From assembly GCA_910592345.1 (NCBI GenBank), contig CAJVPI010000301.1, forward strand, positions 1 through 36,196: a stretch of DNA of 36,196 nucleotides, in the 5' to 3' direction. Of this stretch, positions 11,030 to 22,300 are shown one piece after another. The notes beneath the pieces were generated by a model, which was given only the letters and a program-made list of their open reading frames with translations, was not told where the DNA came from and did not search any database. The stretch comes from Paraglomus brasilianum (taxonomy: Eukaryota). The position numbers and the translations under genes were made by a program. How positions within the stretch are numbered: position 1 is the stretch's first letter; each line of letters opens with the position of its first letter.

Positions 11030-12508
11030 ACACCGCCGCCGCCGCCAAAACCACCACCAAAAAAGGGTTCATACAAAAGGAGGTCCTCAGCTTCGCAACC
11101 TATAAACGTAAGACCTTATTGGAACGGAAAAGTCGCGGCATGGTCTCAGAAATTGTGGTTACCCATTGTGACTGACTCTGCCACAACCTCCCATACTACA
11201 AAACTCATGGTTTTCGTCAACAAAGCGACCTCCGACGAGCACAAACTTCCCAAAATATCCCTGAAATCAAGCAAGGAAGAAGAGTCGCCCGACGAGAACC
11301 CTAAACAAGGGAAAAAGCGCAAGATCAGGACAACAGCAGCATGCAACAAACGACAACACTCCATCGTACGCTGCCAATAAAAGTATATCCAAATCACCCT
11401 CAAAAGCAGCTATTGAAACGGTGGGATGGGCTTGTCAAGATATGCCTATAATGCAGAGTTGATACCGCCATTTCCATACAAAGAATTCGCATACTAATAC
11501 TGGTCCATCACGACGGGTTTGGCTAAAATCTCAACCCATTGAAAATTTTACGCGGATGTTCGTGTAGGAAAAGACGTTAATGAGCGTGAGGACAAGAGAC
11601 TCCAAAGATCATGCGTATGTGGTTCACGCAAATTTGTGCGAACAGTCGTGTGTATTGGAATGCTCCTTCAAGGTACACACGGCAAGGCGCCTGCAAACAT
11701 TATCGACGAAGCGATCGATGAAGCGTTGACTGCTAGAGACAAGATGATCAATCAAAATAGGATCAACCACGAATCAGCAAAGAAGTTCGTCTTTGTCATT
11801 TCGATCCCGAAAAGATTTGCGACAAGCAATGACAATTTGCGCGCAGAACTTTTCAAAATGCACGTGGAACCGATTCTACACCTTATTATAATTATCACTC
11901 TGGACGAAAACGCGATTTGTGGCCGCTTCATTTCGATAAAAAAAAAAAAGAAAAAGGCGTAATAATAAGTGGTCTGTTCCTCACAAAATAACGTCCGACT
12001 GTAAGCTTACATATTTCGCAAAACCAACGAGTGGAAAATTTCATGGGTTTACGAGACGCAGAAACAACTCCGCGAAACCCAAGCGGACATTCCATCGATC
12101 CTGGCGTTCGTACACCCTTCACCTGGTACTCTCCCATTAAAGGCGTAGGTAAAGTTGGCCAATACGACATTGGACGAATTATTCGCCTATGCAAGCATAT
12201 GGTGGACAATCTCCTTTCTGTAAAGGACAAACTGGCTGCCTCTAGTTCGAAACGTAAGAAGAAACAGGCCTCGCGACTTGATAAGGCAATCTCTCGGATG
12301 CGACGAAAAGTCAAACACCTGCATAAAAAGAGTGTCGCATTTTTCGCAACCGGTTCGCAAAATGCTCTGCTGGGGCCACTATCAATTTTGCCAACGCCTG
12401 GAAGAATTAGGGGTCTGTTATTATCCAAAACGAGGCCTATACTTCCAAAACTTGCAGCTGGTTTTGGGAGCGTTCAAAAAATAGGAGGGTCCGAGGTGTA
12501 CAAGTGCC
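11030..12508 (+). pseudogene. Fanzor2 / IS607-type TnpB RNA-guided endonuclease gene, degenerate and 3'-truncated
   Basis: Colinear motifs across frames: PYWNGKVAAWSQKLWLPIVTD (~11114-11176); IKVYPNHPQKQLLKRW..G..RYAYN (~11376-11451); DCKLTY..W; RuvC-I SIDPGVRTPFTWYS (Asp codon 12097); bridge-like helix to LHKKSVAFF; RKMLCWGHYQFCQRL (~12357-12410); EAYTSKTC (Glu codon 12432); GGSEVYKC, where it stops. No introns seen. Confidence 0.85.
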
Positions 12509-13060
12509 CATCATCCCGCGTTTTTTAATTAGAGTGAACCGCAGCACGTTGTTCTAACCAATTATAGCAATGAGCTGCATTCCAGGGATACTATCTCTAT
12601 CCTCATTCGAACATTCCCAATATCCTTTTCGTGTGTGTAATGTACAACTATGAACAACACACAATCGTTACATACTTTATCGCATTCTTGTATCTTAATT
12701 CACTCTACCACCTCTTCTCTATTCTGTCACCGCATTCTGCTCACTCCCATACTTTGCTCTCTCAGCTAACGCCAAACCCGCTATATTTTATATCCTTATT
12801 CTTATTAAAACACCCCATCTTGGCTTCCTCGATTAGCTGCCTTACCCGCTTGCTCATTGTCTACATCCAACTTGCACTCGTTCACCTCCCTCACCAATAT
12901 CTATTACAACCAGTATTCGTAACACCTGGTTGTGTTATTTATACGACTTCTCACGTTTTTGCTATTTCACCATCACTGTATACTACCATAATACATTACC
13001 ATTCTACTACATTACACTCCCCACTATCAGCCTTCTTCAAAACCAGAATATATTCTTAAT

Positions 13061-14582
13061 ATGGGCTCCTTATTATCACATTTGAGCAGAGGAAGCGGTG
13101 ACGCCGCGATACCAGACTTAAATATCGATCTTGAAAGTAAGTCTATTTAATGTCATAACAGCTAGCCTAATCATACTTCTAATACATTCATATTACGTGT
13201 TTTGCCGCAGACGCAACCCCCACACCAGCAGAACTAGCTTTATATGGTCATGTATCTACCCTTCTTCGGCCAACGACTACACTATTAGATTCTCTACGGC
13301 GTTACGAAGGATGCGGAGATCTCATTCGAAAAGCGATATCTAATCCTACTCCTGAAAATGAAGAGGAAGCATGGCAGGCCGTTCAGCCGGCTGTTGATAA
13401 ACTAAAACGCTACTTCGAATATTCTGCTTCGATGGGCAAGTATAATTTAATGCATCAGATATTATATACTTTTATGATTACGCATAATCTTTATTTATTT
13501 ACTCTATTACACAGAGGATGCCCTTCCTGAGCTATTGAAAGCACTTTGTGAAGGCAATGTACGAAAAACGCTCGTAGAACATCAGGCTCTTACAAAACTT
13601 CTGGCAGACATTCTGGATTTCGCGTTCGAATTTGACTATCTAAAGGTACGAATCACCATCAATAAAATCAATATCGCGTACTTTTCACAAAATTATTGAT
13701 AAGATGTTGGTCACGTCGCTCTATTTTTTCTTATTTTCGTTGTATCTGTCTTGGTCTTGCAGATGAAAACTCCTTCTATCCAAAATGATTTTTCGTATTA
13801 TCGACGTACATTAAGTCGAGGAAAACTTGCAGCAGAGGTCAGTGACTATTAGTGTCTGCATGTTAATCGGATAATTGAAATAACCACCATTTATTTGCTC
13901 TCATCGTAGACGGACTTAAAGACCGCCATGATCGAAGATGAACTAGCCAACAGAATCTCGTTGTTCTATGCTTATCCAACCCCAATGTTGAAGACTGTAA
14001 CAGACGTGACTGCTCTGTTTGTTGCAAAAGTAAGTCGTGTTGTGAGACTTTTCCTCGTGTCCTTATACATATTTATCACATTCCTACTTGCTATAGAATA
14101 ATCTGGGTAGAGGTGTGTCAGAATGTTTATCAGGAGTGGCTGCTTCTTGCTATCACGCAGTCACAAAGAAAAGGTATAGTTATTGCGTGCCGGTTTCTTG
14201 CAGTGTGGTACGACGTCTTTGTATTATGCCTAATAATAATGCCCATAATAGAGCCCAAAAGCCAGAAACCATCGCATTCTGCTTAAGGGTGATGGTTGTA
14301 TCTATCATTCTCTACGATCACATCGACCCACAAGGAGCATTTAATAAACAATCACCTATCAACGTGAGCATTTTGTGACTACTAGTAATGTTATGTGCTT
14401 TTGCTTTGTTAGAAGCTAATTGCATTCTCTTTCTGTTCTAGATAAAATCAACCGTTAAAGCCATCCAAACGCATGGCACGTCTGAGCTTTCTAATCTGAT
14501 GTCTGCACTGCGATTTAACACCAAACATTTAAATGACGAATCTACACCAAAGAACATAAAGCAGCTTCTGAGCAGCCACTAA
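13061..14582 (+). CDS. CYRI/FAM49 family (CYFIP-related Rac1 interactor, DUF1394), ~8 exons
   Basis: Spliced translation: MGSLLSHL...IDLENATPTPAE...YEGCGDLIRKAISNP...AWQAVQPAV...[40 protein letters not shown]...ANRISLFYAYPTPMLK...FCLRVMVVSIILYDHIDPQGAF...ALRFNTKHLNDESTPK. These are hallmark FAM49 blocks. Stop TAA at 14580-14582. Confidence 0.92.
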
Positions 14583-15099
14583 CTTACCTAATTGCAATAT
14601 TAAAAGACTTTCCAGCAAATATTTTCAGTCAATATAAATATACACACTTATATTCATATAAACGTCGCATATTTAACTACCGTCCGTATAATGTTCTTTG
14701 CCATACTGTATTGATTTTTAATACAAGTTATTCTTTATAGTGCGGATTTTTCTTCGTTTACTCCTTTGGTTAAATTAGTTCTGGTAATAACTTGAACAGT
14801 TGGTTGGTGGGCTGGGCCTGCTTGATAACTAGGTTGTATTAATATTCAATGTAGGTTTTCTGGGATAATTGGTTTTTGTATGGGCATTAATGGGCTCAGG
14901 CAGGAGGTCTGGTATTGCAGCTTATACTAAAGTGACGTTTGCACCTCCCTATTACTCTGAGCATGTAGATATAGCTGAAGGGGTATCGACTATCGACACG
15001 CTTCAGTTTTACAGGATAATATACTATATTAAAAAATTGGTTATTAACTCTCTACATGTTCAACTAGTACCCTAAATAAGAATAGCCCATCAGATAAAT

Positions 15100-15400
15100 T
15101 GTTATTTGTATTTGTATCCGCATAATACACAAGATTTCTTGTCTGAGATAGAAGACGAAATCATTCAGTCGCTTACTGATCAAATGATCGTTAATTGTGC
15201 GCAGAAGATTGTATTGAAATTGAGCATATCGCTTGTTTCTAAAGTATTATCAATGATGACGAAATTATTGCAGCCGTCCAAGAGGCGCCTGAGAATGAAG
15301 ATTAAGAGACTAAAAATGGAAAAGAGAATGACTTCAACGCAAACTCGCAAAGTCGGTCAGCCATGCATGACCGAATTTGGTAAACTTTCAAGATAATGAT
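15100..15400 (+). pseudogene. Possible remnant of a pogo/Tigger transposase acidic C-terminal tail
   Basis: Broken acidic frame EIEDEIIQSLTDQM...DDEIIAAVQEAPENED resembles the tails of Tigger-like transposases. No catalytic motif or TIR was found. Confidence 0.25.
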
Positions 15401-16317
15401 GACCAGTAAAAACCTTTAATTTTGAAACCCGCCGTTGTCCATACGCGTATTCTGAATTAGTCTGATAAATTATTTTGGGAAACTTTTTGGTACAACGAAC
15501 GAATTAGAAGGTAGTCAAAGTTTTTAGCATCCGGATATTCGGTGTTTATTCATCAGCAGTATAATTTGTCGAAAAATCCGGGCGTCAATTCAGAAATTTA
15601 TAGCCCTTTTTTTGACAATTCTCGAGCACAAGGCTAAAAGCTTCAAAACAAATTATTAAACGTCCTGACAAAGGAAATAAACACGTGCTTATTACTAATA
15701 TCCTGGGCCGAAAGTTACGAAATTGTTCAATGATATCACATGAATTATGTTGTGTTGACATCATTCAAATGCAGTTTATTGGTGCACGAGATTATTGTTT
15801 TGAATTATCGTTATGATTTGGTCTAGAACATATTCATTGTAATCCATGTTCAGCCTTCTTAAATGATGGCATACCAACAATGTTAGTAATCACACGTATT
15901 AAAATCAAATGCTGCACGATTGAAGCTCGGTAAACCTGTTCGCAGGCATAAAAAATAATAATCTTCGCGCATCGTATGTCGTTGGTCTTCCGGATATATG
16001 GGCGCCAAGATTTTTTGAAACGAATTTTTGATGGAATTCTATAACTTTTGTGACTCGAAAGCTTCGTTCACTTGCCGGCACCTTTTTATTCGCTCATTAT
16101 TATAATTAGTATGCAAGACCACGTAGTTGATCTCACCGGTTCTAATGAACATGCTACTAGCCATATTAATATATTTATAATAATTCATTATTCAATGATG
16201 TGACGTTCGATAATAAAAAAACATTTGTTACTAATCTATGTAGCAATTGTCATGAAGTTTCATGGCGATTAGTGATGAAATATGAAATAACAGTTGATTC
16301 CGCACAAAACGTCAATG

Positions 16318-19300
16318 TTATGCGTATAAGAATAAATCTCCCTCCATGCATCCTAATACTAACAACTGGTTAACGGGCAAGATGCTCAAGGATGTAATAG
16401 CTGACTTAATTGTTGAGCTTCTGAATTTGGATGAGTAGGCTTGAAACTAAAAAATAACAAGCAAATACTTAGTAAATTGCATTCAATAATGCGGAATACA
16501 ACGGGTTTATACTCACATTCTCGTTTAACGGAGTAAACGTTATGGTGTTACTGTTGTTGATAGTGATGAGCTCATCCTTGTACATATTTAAAGCAACAAT
16601 ATCACTGTTGACTAAAAATATTAAAGATATCGATAAATAGTACTTATGACAATCTGTGCATATAAACTATCATCAATTAACACTTACGCCGTATAGTCTT
16701 AATTAAAGTCACCGTATCAGTATCCCAGATGCATATCACGTGGTCATCAGGTGCACATGTCACCAGATAATTATTTGCATAAAACCTCAACTGGTCCAGA
16801 CAGAACATTGTAAGTCAGACTACTGCCAGGACTAAAACATCTCATTCAAATAAACAAATACTCACGTGAATAATGTCGGTATCTCCAGCCTTCCAGCTAC
16901 CAACCAACATTCCTGTACGAGATTCGAGTAATGATACAACGCCGCTTGAAAACCCTACTGCTATCAAAGTTTCGGCCGGATTTGTACATATGACCTTTAT
17001 GGTTCCTGCGAAAGTAACTACGGTTAACATGACATCCGATTACATTACAATTCCTGTTCATATATGTATTCACGTACCAACAAATGCCGCCGAACTCCTC
17101 CAAGTATGTAGAAGACAGTGATTGAAAGTATCAAAGAATCTACAAATTACAAATGTTCAGAGAACTGGCATTGAGGAGGCATAAATTCAATCATCAACAC
17201 TCACGTGATTGTAGTATCAGAGAGCCCCCCAACAAGATAACGGGTTCGAAATATTGGTTTAATTGAAATATACGGTGTTCTCATATTACCGAATTGATGA
17301 AGAGTTCGTCCTGTCTCAGGATCCCATAACTACGTTGAAACAAACAGATTCAGTGAGTGAATACACGCAATGACGAATATTCTTCTCGGCAGTATATATG
17401 CAGATACGTGCATGAATTTGACCATCGCAGCTAGTAACAACGTCTCCCAATCCCGCACTGCCGCCGGCTCCAACAAAATAAACATCGATGATGCTATTCT
17501 TCTTATGGCTGTTATATGACAATAAACACTCTGAGAATGGCTCATTAGTTGAATTCTCGATCCCGTGATGGATATCCAAAGACCATAATTTCACGGTGCG
17601 GTCTCGTGAACCGGTCGCAATAACGCGCGCGTTTTCATTAGTGCCAATGCTACAGATTCTCGAAGAATGACCTATAAAATAAGAAGCAACGTCAAGTATA
17701 TAAATCTGTCTAAAACTCAGAACGAATATTGTAGCAACCACACACCTAAATATGTACGTAATTTGAGATCATTGAACGTGAATTGCATGGAGTTCGACAT
17801 CTCCTCTAATTTACATAAAACAACATCAGCATCAAACACATCTTCGAAATAATATAAGAAGCGGCTCACTAACCCGAATTTGTTGATAAGTATCTGTTCC
17901 AATTCCTAATATAATAACCTATAATGAGCAAAAATTTATAACTTATGGACAACATAAATACTGAGAGTGCTACCTTAAATCTTCCTCAGATGTGGATTTG
18001 GTCTTCCGTAGCAGATGCGACGACTTATGTTTCGGCCTTTAATGGGAATCAATAAATTATCATTAACAGCAAGTGAGTATACATGATTTTCGTACAGCAG
18101 TTTAGATAGCAAGACTATTTCAGCATTAATGATATATGATCACTACACATAATCTCAATCAATACGTTATGTAATACCTTTCAGACATTGAAGTGTTAGC
18201 CGAAGCTGCCGTCAAGACATTTTTCAGCGAGCCTACACTGAAGCTTCGAACAGGATGCTCGACGTCCTTGTCATTGCTCTCGAATAATTTCTTGTTATTA
18301 TCATTGCCAAAAAGGGAAAATGTTCTATTGACACTAAATCCGGATGTAGTAACAATAGCTGTATCTTTATGCGCACTTGTAAGTGCAACTTTCTTATCAT
18401 CAAACGCCACGCTTTTTCTTGATAGTAAAGAGTCCCTTACAACAGGTGAGGACGAGACGTGTACATTTCCTATATTTTTGCTATTCGTACTACTGTCTGA
18501 TAAAGGTGATGCAACTCTCAAAGGTATAGTTTCCTCAGATTCAAAGTCATCATACATCATGTTCTCAATTATATCACTGTCGAAAATGGATTGTTAGAAT
18601 AGCTTCAACCTTTTACTATGAATAAAACAGCAAATGCATACCTGACAGGAATGGCTCTACGCATAGACTCTTGCCCAACCAATATACAGAATTGCGAGTA
18701 TGCATATACTGTCTGCTGTTTTTTTAAGTGCGATCAAATAGTGCCGACAAAAATTGCAAACGAATATTGTTATGAAGACGCTTAATCGTATAACAATACC
18801 TGCTGCCTTCTTGGCTCTTTCAAATGGGCATAATCCTCTTTACCAAAAGACGTTAAGGAACTTTTATGAAGGTTTTCGAACTCGGCGAAATACGTTCGTA
18901 GCATAGGAACTATCTAGTAAAGCCAAATTTTGATAAATCATTACGTACTAATAATATCACTGCAAACTTGTACTATAGATGTACTCACATGGTTTTCCCA
19001 TTCTGCCTTGCCAATTATATGAGTAATGTGAAGGAGGAAATCTATGACTCTCTGGGAAACTATCAATCGATCTTTCGACGCCGAAACTGTTGTGGATGAG
19101 GTCTTGGCATCCCCATGGACAAGAAGTCGCTCAAGGATATTTGCAAACCCCGACTCCAATTCCAAAACAATCTTGCTTGCCGATATTTGCAGTGCAAGCT
19201 GTAAGGTAAATATTGTTAAAATATAAAATACTTGATCAAGTCACGGACAATTGCATAATAACCTTTTCCAAAAGTGTGATGTGATTACACAAAATTGAGC

Positions 19301-22300
19301 AATTCTTGGCATTGAGCTGGGTGCTATATGAATCAACTATTGTAATTATATGTGCGTATTGCAAGTGAGTAAATGTCTCCCCAAATTGATTACCTAATGA
19401 AACATAATAACAGTTAACATGCAATTCAATAAAAAAGATTGCTAGATGGATGAATACGTTACTTACATATTGCAATAATTGCTTGAATGGTATATAACAA
19501 TACAGAACCCTCTTTAAGAATCAGTCTGTATACTTGTTTCATGACATGTTTAGATGTGAGAATTGGACCTATTAATGTACTATAAAGCAAAACTGTAATC
19601 ATAAAAATCAAGTCCATTGTCATCACATCTTGCATAAAAGTGCACTTATCCTACCAGATATCGACTAGGGCGGAACTGGCCAGTCGCGCTACTGACGGGA
19701 TAGATTGCTCACAGCCCGCATCAGTAGGCGATACTGGACTTAGAGTAAGCTCTAATTCGTTCAGGTATTTTGACTGAAATTCGGACGTCGGCGCAAGCGC
19801 AGCTACTGGTTGCCCATCAATAGTCAACGATTCCAGATACAATGGAAATAGTTGTTGCAAAAAATTTGGTATCCCAAAACGACACAAAAACTCTCCAATG
19901 ATTAAAGGGTCGAATAAAGCCATTGGAATTGACGAGCGAGATGACTACATGCAGGTGAGCAAAATTGTTGACGAATACTCAAGATAATAATTCATGTAAC
20001 AGCATGACAAGGCTCAAGATAGCAATATTCATACGTTACCTCGAACAAACTAATTATGGGTTTCAGAAGGTGGTCTTTTGTTTCATCTGGACCGAGTCTT
20101 CGCCCAAGTTTGGGGAATATATCCAATGCTTCCATTCTTGTATCGCTATGAACGAATAGGAGTACCAGACTAGGCAATATCATATTGAATGCCTGTATTG
20201 AGCAAATGAATAACCGTATTTAACACAGAATGAACTACATTTAAAATGGCAACGGTTGTCGTCAAATTCAAACCTCATCATTCAAGTCACAAATTTTATC
20301 CATAGACCGTTCTGCAAGTTTAAGCTTGTCTTTCCACTCACTAGTAAAATAACGAATGTTAAATCCACTCAAAGCAACATAAAATCGAAAAAAAATAAAA
20401 TAAGCATCTTACTGTCGGTGAAAGCTTGTCAGAAAATCATAGACTTCAGGAATACAGTCTGGAATTGGGAGTGTAGTTCTGTTATCACATAACATAATGG
20501 CTGGCACAGACGCATAAAGGATGGCATCAACGGAAGGTCGCTCAGTCCAGTCTGGCGACAGCAATGCACTGATAACCTCTTTTACAGAAATTGGCACCTA
20601 CAAAACCATTCCAGCTTTATTATACAGTTTGGGAAACCATCGATAGTAACAGATTTACTTACTTGTAGCGAAAATATATTGTCATCAGGGGGACCAGGTA
20701 CAACGTCACCATCTTCGTAAACCGGCTGAGGAACAATTATTTGAGATAAAGTTGTGTTGGTTGGTGAAGTTTCATAGATACTCAGTAGTATTTTTCCAAG
20801 ACTGTACATGTCCCACGCTCTCGCGTATGCGAACAAATTTTCTGAATCTGCCATTGGCAATATATTGTTCGGGCTAATTACTTCCACATTGTTTGTATGA
20901 CTGTCAGCCGGATTCAGGTGACGGTACTTGGCAGCAAAAGAATGGGCAAGTTCAAAATGCGAGAGCTCTTCCGTGAACATGTTTTCTGACATATCCTCAG
21001 ATAGTTGTATTGGAATTGAGTTCATCAGATTTATCAGATGTTCCACGCGTGTCAAGGCGTCTTTTGAATCAGGCAACGAAGCAGCCGGAATATCCCTATC
21101 CCGTACAATGGCCACATTCCCAAATTCATACAAAGATGAAGGTCTTGGAGACGTCGCTTGCTTCGACAATTTAGATCGTAAATTTACTGTAGGCTTCCCA
21201 ATTACTTTTTCTGTAGTAGGGAGACTTGATATCAACACGTCAGAAACTTTATCGACAAATTGTTGTGTACCCATTGTCTTGTCAAAGAAAGTATCTCGTG
21301 GCAACAATCGCCTTTTGGAAGATATATAGTCGTATCTCTCAACAGAGCTTTTGGTCTCGGTTTGGCGCAAAAGAAATTCTCTGTATATTAAAATTGAGTG
21401 GTTATTTATATAAACGTAATTGATTTGTGGAGAAAAAAGAGAAAAAAAAAAATAGTTGCCTTCGTGTTTGATTCCAAGATACAGCTCGCTGAGGATGAGG
21501 ATCAGAGAATAGTTGTGTTATGCCATGTTTCATAAAAGAATCTTGCCCATCCAAAAGAGGCAATGCAACGTTTTTTGCTTTTACGGCATCTTCGCCTAGT
21601 GATAGTCAGATGCATTCATTAACATAAAAGCATTTTTCCGATGCTGAAACTTGACTTGATCAACCTATTCACAAAGTAATTATTACCACTTAGCTTGCAA
21701 CCAAAAGTCAAATCAACCCAATGATGTAACTGACTAGACACATAATCACTCTCCAGTGCCTCAGCATGCAGTTGAACAAATTCTTCTGGAGATGAGGCCC
21801 ATCTTTAAGAAACATAATTTACGAGATTAATGCTATTATATTAATATGATTAAGCGTACGTTAATTCTCGTTAATACTTGCAATGGTAATTGAAGATCGG
21901 GCATGTCTGGATGAACTGATTTGAATATACTGGGATCTTTGTTTCCAAATAATAAAAGAGTGAGCAAATGCGCGTTCTTACAATGTCAAAATTCAAAATG
22001 TCATCTTCAGGCCAAACGCGAACCTGTATAGAATTCTGGGATGCATTCATCTGGAGTCCATTCGAACAATCTTTGAAGCGAAGAAGGATATTCGTTAGGT
22101 TCGTACTTTGTCCGGACGTACTGACACAATACCTAAGAAGCCATCATAGAAAAGTTCAGGCATGCGAATACCAAATGGATCTTTCACAACATGTAAATCG
22201 TGACGGAGTAGCTCTTTCGAACTCACTGGAATCGGTGTCTTCCGTGCAAGATAGACGTAGTATGTTATGTCTGAAAGAATGTCTGTAATATGATGTGGTA

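Noticed and set aside
11928..12428. 166-aa minus-strand ORF (and 11146-11403)
   Set aside because: These are antisense shadows of the Fanzor coding strand.
12509..12630. Possible omegaRNA after the main Fanzor copy
   Set aside because: The ORF is truncated before RuvC-III, so the natural right end is gone. No convincing structure was seen.
12631..13059. 142-aa ORF rich in Leu/Ser/His/Tyr upstream of CYRI
   Set aside because: It arises from C/T-skewed low-complexity sequence, has a non-ATG start and no motif. More likely promoter/5' UTR.
18193..21329. Plus-strand ORFs 18193-18597 and 20928-21329
   Set aside because: They are antisense to long WDR81 exons and carry no independent signal.
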